Shown here: positions 55,461 to 64,000 of the stretch, piece by piece
Layout: the number at the start of each line of letters is the position of its first letter
Numbering within the stretch: position 1 is the first letter of the stretch
Assembly (NCBI GenBank): GCA_002329465.1
Contig: DCTW01000005.1
Location: 4,131 to 68,130 of the forward strand
DNA: 64,000 bases
Direction of reading: 5' to 3'
DNA from: Candidatus Woesebacteria bacterium UBA1430
GTDB lineage: Bacteria; Patescibacteriota; Microgenomatia; UBA8517
Program-made: the position numbers and the translations under genes
The notes under the pieces: generated by a model
Told to the model about the DNA's origin: nothing
The model's input: the letters and a program-made list of their open reading frames with translations, nothing else
The model's database searches: none

Positions 55461-55552
55461 CAGCCCAATTTTAGATTAATAGTGGGAGGATGGAAAGAGG
55501 AAAGTATCAGACATTATTTTTAATCGGTAAAAACAGTATTTTTGTTTTATAG

Positions 55553-56164
55553 ATGACTGAAAGATTAACAGCAATATCCGGATCAATGTTTTCTGGCAAA
55601 ACCGAAGAATTAATAAGACTTATTGGGCGTAGCGAATACGCAGGAAAAAATACTCAAATTTTTAAACCAGTAATCGATGATCGTTGGGGAAAAACGAAAA
55701 GTATTAAATCTCATTCAGGCACAGAGCACGAAGCAATTCCAATTTCAGCATCAAAAGACATACTAGATAATTTAGATCCTGATACCAATCTAGTAGCAAT
55801 CGATGAAATACAATTCTTTGATGAAGATATAGTACCAGTTATTCGGGAATTGTTAGATAGAAATATTGAGGTAATCTTTGCGGGATTACCGACTGATTTT
55901 CGCGGGGAACCTTTTGGCCAGATGCCCATTCTACTATGCCTTGCTGACGAGACAGTTAGCCTTACAGCTATCTGCACTTATAGTGAGAACGGAGAAATAT
56001 GTGGAAAACCTGCTACTAAAACACAGCGTCTAATAAACGGCGAACCCGCAAATTATGACGATCCAATAATTTTAATCGGAGCAGAGGAAAGCTACGCGGC
56101 ACGATGTCCGAATCATTTTGTGGTTCCTGGCAAACCCGAAAACATTTTCAGCCGAAAGAGTTAA
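55553..56164 (+). CDS. tdk: Thymidine kinase.
   Basis: The P-loop 'GSMFSGKTEEL' and 'VAIDEIQFFD' are present, with C-terminal Cys zinc ligands. Confidence 0.85.
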   Translation: MTERLTAISGSMFSGKTEELIRLIGRSEYAGKNTQIFKPVIDDRWGKTKSIKSHSGTEHEAIPISASKDILDNLDPDTNLVAIDEIQFFDEDIVPVIRELLDRNIEVIFAGLPTDFRGEPFGQMPILLCLADETVSLTAICTYSENGEICGKPATKTQRLINGEPANYDDPIILIGAEESYAARCPNHFVVPGKPENIFSRKS

Positions 56165-56173
56165 ATCTATTTT

Positions 56174-57391
56174 ATGGTTATAAATTTACTTATAAAAAAA
56201 GAAGAAATGCGGCAGAAAGAAACCTTAATGCTTATTCCCTCTGAAAACTACGCACCAAAGGAAGTAAGGCAGGCTCTTTGCAGCATGCTTAACAACAAGT
56301 ACTCCGAAGGCTACCCGGGAAAGCGCTATTATCAAGGAAATAAATACATTGACGAAATTGAGCTTATAGCAATCGAATCCGCAAAAAAGCTTTTTGGTGT
56401 GCCTCACGTAAACGTACAAAGCTACTCAGGTTCACCTGCAAACTCGGCAGTTTACATGGCGCTTCTTAATCCGGGGGATAAAATCCTGGGTCTTGCATTA
56501 TCCTCAGGGGGGCATCTGACTCATGGCCACCCGAAAATTACCTTTTCGGGAAAATTTTTCCAAAGCTTTCAGTACGAAGTTGGCAAAGACGGTTTTATTG
56601 ATTACGACGCGCTCGAAAAATACGCCAAAAAAGTTAAACCCAAAATAGTTATCGCAGGCACCACATCATATCCGAGAAAACTCGAATGGCCCCGCTTTTC
56701 ACAAATTGCCGACAATATAGGAGCTATTCTACTTGCCGATATTTCCCATATTGCAGGTCTTGTGGTAGCCGGCGTGCATCCGTCGCCGGCAAGATATGCC
56801 CATGTTATTACAACTACGACCCACAAAACTCTAAGAGGTCCTCGTGGAGCACTAATAATGGTTACCAAAAAAGGTTTAAGAAAATACCCCGATCTTGGCA
56901 AAAAAATAGACCGCGCTGTATTCCCGGGACTTCAAGGAGGCCCCCATAATAGCCAAACCGCAGCAATAGCAATAAGCCTTCAAAAGGCTCTTACCCTAGA
57001 TTTCAAAAAATATGCCAAACAAATTGTTTTGAACTCAAAAGCCTTGGCAAAGGCACTCAAAAATTACGGATTCGATCTGGTTTCGGATGGCACTGATAAT
57101 CATTTAATTCTTATAGATCTCAGGTCAAAAGAAATTCTTGGTAAGGATTTTGCAATAAAGCTGGAAAAAGCAGGAATAATAGTAAATTACAACGCAATTC
57201 CAAAAGACCCAAACCCACCCGCAAACCCGTCCGGTATTAGAATTGGCACGCCTGCAATTACTACACGAGGAATGAAAGAGCCGGAAGCAAAAATCATCGC
57301 CGATTTTATTAATAGAGTACAAAAAGGCGATTCGTCAAATAATGTTAGAAGAGAAGTAAAAGCTCTTTGCAAAAAATTCCCCATCTCATAA
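56174..57391 (+). CDS. glyA: Serine hydroxymethyltransferase.
   Basis: 'LIPSENYAPKEV', 'VQSYSGSPANSAVY' and the PLP-lysine region 'TTTTHKTLRGPRG' are present. Confidence 0.9.
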   Translation: MVINLLIKKEEMRQKETLMLIPSENYAPKEVRQALCSMLNNKYSEGYPGKRYYQGNKYIDEIELIAIESAKKLFGVPHVNVQSYSGSPANSAVYMALLNPGDKILGLALSSGGHLTHGHPKITFSGKFFQSFQYEVGKDGFIDYDALEKYAKKVKPKIVIAGTTSYPRKLEWPRFSQIADNIGAILLADISHIAGLVVAGVHPSPARYAHVITTTTHKTLRGPRGALIMVTKKGLRKYPDLGKKIDRAVFPGLQGGPHNSQTAAIAISLQKALTLDFKKYAKQIVLNSKALAKALKNYGFDLVSDGTDNHLILIDLRSKEILGKDFAIKLEKAGIIVNYNAIPKDPNPPANPSGIRIGTPAITTRGMKEPEAKIIADFINRVQKGDSSNNVRREVKALCKKFPIS

Positions 57392-57397
57392 CAGGTC

Positions 57398-58324
57398 TTA
57401 TTTCAAAGAAATGTCTTTTTCTATCAACTCGATATCTTTGAGCAATTTTGTCATAAATGGTTTGGACATTGCAGCAGCAGACTTAGCGGCAACCTGGCTA
57501 ACAAGAAACTCAGTGCGCCGATCTGTCGTGCCATCGTAGAAATGCTTTGGTTTTAATTGATGTACATGGTGCCAAAGAATGCTGATGGTATCCATAATAA
57601 ATTGCCATTTTGAGGGATCTCGCTGCTTTATTTCTGCTAATACTCGTATAATCAAATTTCTGTGTTTTTGGTTAACTTCTGGGGGTATTGAAGGGGTCAA
57701 ATAAACTATCAAGTTACTTGCTAATTCATCAATGTCTTTACACTTAAAAAATCTTCGTGCATCATCTATATCGGCAAGCTCATCGATACAATATTCAGCA
57801 TTATAGTATTCACATGCATAAGTACTTATTCCATATTGCTCTGCTATATTTGGAATATCGCTTTCCATAGCCATTCTTGCTCGGGTTAAACTCTCTCTAA
57901 TTTCATCTGGGTCAATACTTTTCCTGGTAATAGTTATAATATCCACGTCAGGGGTGCCCGATCTCGCGGCCTCGCGCAGATTAGCACCTCCGTGAAGTCC
58001 GCTGCCTACAACTACTAAACCTGCTATTGTATCCATTTCAAGCATCAGAACTCTATTAGCCATATCCTCAGCCACGGCAAGAATCTTTGAGTTTGGGTTA
58101 AATTCATTTTGTGTAAACGCGACTAGCATCTGATCAATATTGACTCTTTCCTCTTGCGCTCTAACGGCAGACTTTACAGGCTCTGCGTCCGTATGATTAC
58201 CATACAAGAACTCTTGGTCAATTAGCACTCGTCGCACAGCTCTTTTTGTTTCTTTTATCCATTGCTCTTGTTCTACCATGGGGCAATATTTAATCATATT
58301 TTCTGTATTTTTGCTACTGGTCAC
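57398..58324 (-). CDS. Hypothetical protein with a Pol-beta-superfamily nucleotidyltransferase-like motif.
   Basis: 'VVVGSGLHGGANLREAARSGTPDVDIITI' fits the hG[GS]…DhD nucleotidyltransferase pattern. The rest is unrecognised. Confidence 0.4.
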   Translation of the reverse strand: MTSSKNTENMIKYCPMVEQEQWIKETKRAVRRVLIDQEFLYGNHTDAEPVKSAVRAQEERVNIDQMLVAFTQNEFNPNSKILAVAEDMANRVLMLEMDTIAGLVVVGSGLHGGANLREAARSGTPDVDIITITRKSIDPDEIRESLTRARMAMESDIPNIAEQYGISTYACEYYNAEYCIDELADIDDARRFFKCKDIDELASNLIVYLTPSIPPEVNQKHRNLIIRVLAEIKQRDPSKWQFIMDTISILWHHVHQLKPKHFYDGTTDRRTEFLVSQVAAKSAAAMSKPFMTKLLKDIELIEKDISLK

Positions 58325-58348
58325 TAATCATTTGCTAAAATAACGACT

Positions 58349-59167
58349 ATGACAGTGATTTTTAACGGCCGTCGATGGGCTGAACTAGAAGAATCAATAA
58401 TAAAAAATAAAGTCGAGGAATTAAAAAGAAACTACGGAATTTTTCCTCATCTTGTTGTGATTATGGTCGGAAACGATCCCGCAAGCGCTCTTTATGTCTC
58501 TCTTAAAATGAAAGCGGCGGCAAGAGTTGGTATTAAATTTACGGCCAAATTTTTCGAAGAGGAAACAAAAGCTTCAGAAATAATTAAGTACATTAAAAAG
58601 GTAAGAAAAGACAAAAATGTCCATGGTATTTTAGTCCAGCTTCCACTGCCGGCAAGGCTTAAAAAATACAAATCCAGAATAATCAAAACAATTCCAATAA
58701 AAAAAGATGTGGACGGTTTAAGGGGCGATTCATATATTCATCCCACTGCAAAGGCCGTCTTTGATATTCTTACTCAAGCTTCAAACATTGGTAAAAATTC
58801 ATCTATAGCGATCGTTGGAGCGAGAGGGATGGTAGGGAGCGCTTTGGTTAAATTGCTTGAAAAAGAAAAATTTACAATTGTTTTTAAATGCAACTCAAAA
58901 ACAAAAAATCTTGCCGAAATTACAAAATCGGCAGATGTAGTTATAAGCGCAACAGGAACTCCGAATCTAATCAACAAAGATATGATTAAAGAAGGTAGCG
59001 TCCTAATAGACGTAGGCTCCCCAAAGGGTGATATTGATTTTGAATCTGTTAAAAAAAAGGCATCGTTTGTCACCCCCGTACCGGGAGGAGTTGGACCTGT
59101 TACTATTTATAATCTGCTTTCAAATCTGTTATTGATAGCAGAGGGAACGATAACTAATCCGGTTTGA
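58349..59167 (+). CDS. folD: Bifunctional methylene-THF dehydrogenase/methenyl-THF cyclohydrolase.
   Basis: The motifs 'HGILVQLPLP' and 'TPVPGGVGPVT' are present. Confidence 0.9.
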   Translation: MTVIFNGRRWAELEESIIKNKVEELKRNYGIFPHLVVIMVGNDPASALYVSLKMKAAARVGIKFTAKFFEEETKASEIIKYIKKVRKDKNVHGILVQLPLPARLKKYKSRIIKTIPIKKDVDGLRGDSYIHPTAKAVFDILTQASNIGKNSSIAIVGARGMVGSALVKLLEKEKFTIVFKCNSKTKNLAEITKSADVVISATGTPNLINKDMIKEGSVLIDVGSPKGDIDFESVKKKASFVTPVPGGVGPVTIYNLLSNLLLIAEGTITNPV

Positions 59168-59269
59168 TTTTATATATAAAACTGCTATAATCATAAAAGT
59201 CAAAAACACACACTTGCCGGAAACCTCCTGAATTACTTCTGGCGAGTGGAGGACTAAGGAGGTAAATAT

Positions 59270-59986
59270 ATGGCAACCGAATTATCACTGGACAAACTGC
59301 TTGAAGTAGGTGCTCATTTTGGCCATCAATATAAGCGCTGGAATCCCAAAATGAAGCCCTTTATGTACACTGTCAAAGACGGAGTTTACGTGTTTGATTT
59401 AGTTAAAACACACGAGCTTCTTAAAGAGGCTTTAGAGGCAATTAAAGATTTTTCCTCACGCGGCAAAACAATTCTTTTTATTGGAACCAAAAAGCAAGCT
59501 AAAGACAAAATAAAAGAAATAGCCGAGAAAACTTCTTGTCCTTACATAAATGAAAGATGGCTTGGGGGCACGCTTACGAATTTTGATCAAATCGGCAAAT
59601 CAATCAAAAATTTAAACGAGCTTAAGGAAAAAGTAAAAGTTGCTAAAAAAGAAGGTTACACCAAAAAAGAAAGGCTTTTAATGGCTCGCCAAATTGAAAA
59701 GCTTAAAAAAAATTTTGGGGGAATAATCGGTCTCGAAGCCCTGCCTGATCTTATGGTAATTTTTGATACACACAAAGAAGCTATGGCAGTCAAAGAGGCT
59801 AACAAGCTTGGCATACCGATCGTCGGAGTTGTGGATTCAAACGCGGATCCGGAAGGCGTTAACTGGCCTGTTCCAATGAATGACGACGCGACAAAAGCGG
59901 TTGAATATGTACTTGATCTTTTCTGTCAAGCGGTTTTAGATGGAAAAGGAAAAGACAAGAAACTCAAAAAAAATGGCGATAAATAG
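59270..59986 (+). CDS. rpsB: Ribosomal protein S2.
   Basis: The motif 'LLEVGAHFGHQYKRWNPKM' is present. Confidence 0.9.
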   Translation: MATELSLDKLLEVGAHFGHQYKRWNPKMKPFMYTVKDGVYVFDLVKTHELLKEALEAIKDFSSRGKTILFIGTKKQAKDKIKEIAEKTSCPYINERWLGGTLTNFDQIGKSIKNLNELKEKVKVAKKEGYTKKERLLMARQIEKLKKNFGGIIGLEALPDLMVIFDTHKEAMAVKEANKLGIPIVGVVDSNADPEGVNWPVPMNDDATKAVEYVLDLFCQAVLDGKGKDKKLKKNGDK

Positions 59987-60431
59987 CGATCAGATACGAA
60001 AATTAAGAGACGAAACCGGTGCTCCCGTAATGCGGGTAAAACAGGTTTTGGAAAAAGTTGGCGGAAACGAGAAAAAAGCCTCAGAAATTCTCAAAAAAGA
60101 AGGATTTGAAAAGGTTTCAAAAAGAGCAGGTAGAGATACTACCCAGGGTTCTATCTTTGTTTACAGGCACCACACGGGCAAAGTGGCAAGCATGCTTGAG
60201 CTTCTTGTTGAAACGGATTTCGTCGCTAAAAACGAGCTTTTCCAAAACTTGGGGGGAGACCTCGCAATGCAGGTCGCATCCATGGACCCAAAAAATGAAA
60301 AAGAGCTCCTAAGCCAGGATTTTATTAAAGATCCCACAAAAAAGATCGAAGATCTAATAAAAGAAACAATCACAAAAACCGGCGAGAACATCCGCCTCGG
60401 CCGCTTTGAAAGAATTGAGATAGGTAAATAA
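59940..60431 (+). CDS. tsf: Elongation factor Ts (short form).
   Basis: The UBA-like N-terminus is 'IRKLRDETGAPVMRVKQVLEK'. Confidence 0.85.
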   Translation: MEKEKTRNSKKMAINSDQIRKLRDETGAPVMRVKQVLEKVGGNEKKASEILKKEGFEKVSKRAGRDTTQGSIFVYRHHTGKVASMLELLVETDFVAKNELFQNLGGDLAMQVASMDPKNEKELLSQDFIKDPTKKIEDLIKETITKTGENIRLGRFERIEIGK

Positions 60432-60466
60432 TTTTTTGAAATTGTTTCGTGCTATAATAACCAAAG

Positions 60467-61018
60467 ATGGATGAAGCCAAAATTAAGCGTAAGATGGATG
60501 AGGTCGTTAATCTTATTAAAACCGATATTGCGGGTATAAGAACAGGCCGCGCAACCCCTTCACTTGTAGAAAATATCACAATAGACGCTTATGGCGGCAC
60601 TCAGAAACTAAAAGTAATCGAGCTTTCTTCAATCACATCACCCGATCCGCAGACAATAGTTATCGACCCATGGGATAAATCAATAATCGGCGATATCAGA
60701 AAAGGAATTGTTGCTGCAAATATAGGCCTTAACCCCTCAATAGACGGCGATATTATCAGAATTTCAATCCCGCCTCTTACAACCGAGGATAGACAAAAAT
60801 TTGTTAAACTGCTAAATTCAAAGCTTGAACAGGGCAAAATAATGATAAGAAGAATAAGAGTTGAGGCAATAAACGCAGTTCGGGATAGCTTTGAAGAAAA
60901 ACGAATCTCAGAAGACGAAAGATTCCAGCACGAAAAAAGTGTCCAAAATTTGGTTGATGAATACAATAAATTACTAGACGAGCTGGGGGAGGCAAAAGAA
61001 AAAGAACTTCTAGGTTAA
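60467..61018 (+). CDS. frr: Ribosome recycling factor.
   Basis: It follows tsf directly. The motifs 'GIRTGRATPSLVENI' and 'ISIPPLTTEDRQ' are present. Confidence 0.9.
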   Translation: MDEAKIKRKMDEVVNLIKTDIAGIRTGRATPSLVENITIDAYGGTQKLKVIELSSITSPDPQTIVIDPWDKSIIGDIRKGIVAANIGLNPSIDGDIIRISIPPLTTEDRQKFVKLLNSKLEQGKIMIRRIRVEAINAVRDSFEEKRISEDERFQHEKSVQNLVDEYNKLLDELGEAKEKELLG

Positions 61019-61019
61019 T

Positions 61020-62123
61020 ATGATCTCTTTAATAATAATCGCAGTCATTTCTCTTTCCGTACTCATACTCATCCATGAGCTTGGCCATTATTTGGCCGCA
61101 AGGCTCTCTGGAGTGTGGGTTGAAGAATTTGGCATAGGTCTTCCTCCAAGGATTTGGGGAGTCAAGATAGGAAGCACGATTTATTCTCTAAACGCGCTTC
61201 CCATAGGAGGTTTTGTGAGGCTTCACGGCGAGTCCGGCGAAGACAGAGTAACTAAACCGAAAAAAGCCTTTGTCAATAAATCAAAGCTTGCAAGAATTTT
61301 TATCTCAATTGCAGGAATTTTAATGAATTTTCTTTTCGCAATAATTTGTTTTTCGATAATATACTGCTACACAGGCATTCCGCGCGGAGTACAAATTACC
61401 GATGTTTCAGTTACTTCACCCGCCGAAGTCGCAGGGCTTAAAAAAGGCGACACGATAGTAGAATTTAACGGCAAAAAAAATTTGGATTATGAATATTTTC
61501 CGGATCTGATAGCAAAAAACAAAGGAAAAGCAGTAATGCTAAAAGTAGAATCCCAAACGGATGGTATTACAAAGACCAAAGATGTGGAATTGGTTATAAG
61601 ATCAGAATCCCCAGAAGGTGAAGGGCTTCTTGGTGTTCAATTCATACCGGAGGAAATTTACTACCCCCCAATTATTAAAAGGCCTTTCGTTTACACAAAA
61701 TATGGAGTACAAAAGGCAGTATACGTTTCCGAAAAAACAATAGCCGGATTTGAGTTTATTTTTTCCGAACTTTTCAAAGGACAAAAGCCAAAGGGAGTAG
61801 CAGGCCCTCTTGGCGTAACGGTATTTATAGCAGAAGTAGCAAGCATAGGATTACTACCCCTTATCGAATTTGTCGGGATAATATCAATAAATTTAGCGCT
61901 TGTTAATCTAATTCCATTTCCCCCGCTGGACGGCGGGCGGGTGCTTTTGATATCAATCGAAGCAGCTCTCGGCAAAAAAATACTACCCAAAATTGAATCA
62001 TCAATTCATATAGCCGGCATGGTGGTTCTTCTTTTCTTAATGCTTTTGGTTACAGCGGGCGAAATTCCAAAACTTTTATCCGCGAATTCGCTTTCGGAAT
62101 TTGTGGACAGCCTGATAGAGTAA
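61020..62123 (+). CDS. rseP: RseP-like site-2 protease (M50 with PDZ domain).
   Basis: HExxH 'HELGHYLAA', a PDZ region and 'PLDGGRVL' are present. Confidence 0.8.
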   Translation: MISLIIIAVISLSVLILIHELGHYLAARLSGVWVEEFGIGLPPRIWGVKIGSTIYSLNALPIGGFVRLHGESGEDRVTKPKKAFVNKSKLARIFISIAGILMNFLFAIICFSIIYCYTGIPRGVQITDVSVTSPAEVAGLKKGDTIVEFNGKKNLDYEYFPDLIAKNKGKAVMLKVESQTDGITKTKDVELVIRSESPEGEGLLGVQFIPEEIYYPPIIKRPFVYTKYGVQKAVYVSEKTIAGFEFIFSELFKGQKPKGVAGPLGVTVFIAEVASIGLLPLIEFVGIISINLALVNLIPFPPLDGGRVLLISIEAALGKKILPKIESSIHIAGMVVLLFLMLLVTAGEIPKLLSANSLSEFVDSLIE

Positions 62124-62139
62124 ATATATACTATCTTAA

Positions 62140-63357
62140 ATGAGGCAAAGCGAGCTGTTTCCTAGAACCAAAAAAGAGTTTCCCAAAAAAGCAGAAAGTA
62201 TAAACCACCGCCTTCTTGTTCAAGCGGGCTTTATCGACCAGCTTATGACAGGCTCTTGGACGCTTCTTCCCTTGGGAAAAAGAGTTGTCTATAAAATTGA
62301 AAACATAATCCGGGAAGAATTAAATAAAATAGGCTGTCAAGAAATTCTTATGCCCCTTTTGCATCCAAAAGCGATCTGGAATGAAACAGGAAGATGGGAC
62401 AAGGCCGATGAAGTCATGTACAAGCTTAAAGATACTAGAAAAAAAGATTTTGCCCTTTCATTTACACACGAAGAAATTTTCCTGGATCTTGTCAGAAAGC
62501 ATATTTCAAGCTATCAAGACTTACCTCTAGCGCTTTATCATTTTTCAACGAAATTTAGAAACGAATTGCGCGCCCGTTCCGGGATATTGCGCGGCAGGGA
62601 ATTTTTGATGAAGGATCTTTACAGTATCCACGAAAGCGAAAAAGATTTAAACGGATTCTATGAAGAAGTCAAAAACGCTTATTTAAATATTTTTTCAAGA
62701 ATAGGTTTTAAAACATTAGTTACCGAAGCAGGTGGAGGAGTCTTTACAGATAATATAACTCACGAATTCCAAATTATTGCAGATTCCGGCGAGGACACAA
62801 TCTATTATTGTAAATCCTGCGGCTGGGCGCAAAATAAAGAGATTTTTAAAGGAGGAAATAAATGCCCCTCATGCAAAAAGGAAAGTATTTTAAAAGCAAA
62901 ATCAATAGAAGTTGGAAATATATTTCCCTTCGGCACTTACTATTCTGAAAGAATGAACGTTCACTTTACCGATAAAAACGGAAAAAGAAAACCCGTTTAT
63001 TTCGGAAGCTATGGCATAGGCACATCACGCGCCATAGGAGCCTGGGTCGAGGTGTCCCACGACGATTCCGGAATAATCTGGTCACCCCAGATAGCTCCTT
63101 TTGATGTTCATTTGGTCGAGCTCCCTGGGGCAAAGGAAACGGAAAAGCTTTACAAATCATTAATAGATCAAGGCATTGAAGTCCTTTGGGACGATAGAGA
63201 AGTAGGAGCCGGAGAAAAATTAAAAGACGCAGATTTGATAGGGATACCAATACGCCTTGTTGTGTCCGAAAAAAGAGGAAATAAAATTGAATTTAAAAAA
63301 CGCTCGCAGAATAAAATAGAAACTCTCTCGCTGGATGAGTTATTGAAAAAAATTTAA
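62140..63357 (+). CDS. proS: Prolyl-tRNA synthetase, compact form without the editing insertion.
   Basis: 'REFLMKDLYSIH' is class II motif 2-like. 'SYGIGTSRAIGA' is motif 3. The N-terminus resembles ProRS ('LLPLGKRVVYKIENIIREEL'). A Cys cluster 'CKSCGW…CPSCKK' is inserted. Confidence 0.75.
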   Translation: MRQSELFPRTKKEFPKKAESINHRLLVQAGFIDQLMTGSWTLLPLGKRVVYKIENIIREELNKIGCQEILMPLLHPKAIWNETGRWDKADEVMYKLKDTRKKDFALSFTHEEIFLDLVRKHISSYQDLPLALYHFSTKFRNELRARSGILRGREFLMKDLYSIHESEKDLNGFYEEVKNAYLNIFSRIGFKTLVTEAGGGVFTDNITHEFQIIADSGEDTIYYCKSCGWAQNKEIFKGGNKCPSCKKESILKAKSIEVGNIFPFGTYYSERMNVHFTDKNGKRKPVYFGSYGIGTSRAIGAWVEVSHDDSGIIWSPQIAPFDVHLVELPGAKETEKLYKSLIDQGIEVLWDDREVGAGEKLKDADLIGIPIRLVVSEKRGNKIEFKKRSQNKIETLSLDELLKKI

Positions 63358-63358
63358 A

Positions 63359-63682
63359 ATGATCAAAGACTGCATTTTTTGTAAAATCATAAACAAACAA
63401 ATTCCTGCTGATTTCGAATACGAAGATAACGATTTTGTGGTTTTTAAGGACATTCATCCAAGCGCTCCGATTCATTTTTTAATAGTCCCAAAAAAACATA
63501 TTAAAGACATTTCCGAATCAGATAGCGCTCTTTGGGACGAAATTAGAAAAATTGCACTTAGACTTAGTAAAAAGCTAAACACCTCAGGATTCAGATTGGC
63601 AACAAACGTAGGTGATGCCGCTTTAGTAGAACATCTACACGTCCATTTCCTTGCCGGAATAACAAAAGAAAGAAAACTATGA
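63359..63682 (+). CDS. HIT-family (histidine triad) protein.
   Basis: The motif 'HLHVHFLAG' is present. Confidence 0.8.
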   Translation: MIKDCIFCKIINKQIPADFEYEDNDFVVFKDIHPSAPIHFLIVPKKHIKDISESDSALWDEIRKIALRLSKKLNTSGFRLATNVGDAALVEHLHVHFLAGITKERKL

Positions 63683-64000
63683 TAATAGACAACATTCACC
63701 AAAGTATCGCAGAGGCTCTAAAATCCAAAGACAAAACTCGTCTTTCTACACTAAGGATGCTTTTATCCGCCATCAACTACCAAAAGATAGAAAAAGGAAA
63801 AGAATTATCACAAGAAGAGGAGTATGATGTGGTCCGAAAAGAAGTCAAAAAACGCCGCGATGCTATGGAGGCATATCAAAAAGGTTCGCGTAAAGATTTA
63901 TATGAAAACGAAAAAAACGAGCTTTCCATACTCTATGAATTTCTTCCTCCCGAGATTTCGGACGAAGAGCTCGATAGCCAGATTCAAAAAGAACTTGTTA
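63681..64000 (+). CDS. YqeY/GatB-domain protein. Partial; it runs off the window end.
   Basis: 'MIIDNIHQSIAEALKSKDKTRLSTLRMLLSAINYQKIEKGKELS…' resembles the YqeY family. There is no stop before position 64000. Confidence 0.55.

Noticed and set aside
1-64000. Search for CRISPR arrays, rRNA genes, transposases and integrases.
   Set aside because: I found no regularly spaced short direct repeats with unique spacers, no rRNA-like conserved stretches, and no DDE or tyrosine-recombinase motifs. The only mobile-element-like signals are the tRNA-flanking repeats and the truncated four-helix-bundle gene.

Overview
This 64-kb window reads like a gene-dense genome fragment from a small-genome, low-GC bacterium, possibly of Candidate-Phyla-Radiation type. 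That assignment is an inference from gene content only: tsf is followed directly by frr with no pyrH, there are two MreB paralogs, many short proteins, weak Shine-Dalgarno sequences and little metabolism. I see no rRNA, CRISPR array, integrase or transposase.

Confident housekeeping calls, in order along the window:
- mreB (two copies) and a PBP2 gene.
- A mevalonate/isoprenoid cluster: diphosphomevalonate decarboxylase, a Nudix hydrolase, a polyprenyl synthase and UppS.
- A ribosomal secE-nusG / rplK-rplA / rplJ-rplL region.
- rnhB, rpsU, rpmG (57 aa, absent from the ORF track), rpmB, fmt, def, dprA, topA.
- A thymidylate/folate cluster: folA, thyA, tdk, glyA, folD.
- rpsB, tsf, frr, an RseP-like protease, proS, a HIT protein and a partial YqeY-family gene.
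- Four tRNAs on the minus strand: Trp-CCA, Thr-GGU, Tyr-GUA and Thr-UGU.

The regions I would look at first:
1. A cluster at about 17.7-25.5 kb that looks like a peptide-modification/amidoligase system. It has a MacB-type ABC exporter, a signal-peptide 7TM protein, an ATP-grasp fused to a retropepsin-like (D-T-G-A) domain, two more RimK-like ATP-grasp ligases and a translationally coupled 159-aa protein.
2. The normally invariant rplKAJL/nusG ribosomal cluster is interrupted twice by three-gene cassettes of unknown proteins, at 26.67-28.02 kb and 29.25-30.93 kb. One cassette gene overlaps the 3' end of rplA.
3. A 2.7-kb islet of histidine-phosphatase and HAD hydrolase genes sits beside tRNA-Trp. 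It is bracketed by ~70-bp direct repeats that include the tRNA 3' end and contains a second ~115-bp internal direct-repeat pair.
4. Two GC-rich, highly self-complementary non-coding stretches at 40.86-41.00 kb and 43.63-43.81 kb look like structured RNAs.
5. Other items: a 2378-aa Kelch-propeller/Fn3 surface protein with a large internal duplication and an upstream excisionase-type HTH gene; a trio of cohesin/dockerin-like secreted proteins; and a heptamer tandem repeat next to a truncated four-helix-bundle (23S-IVS-type) gene.
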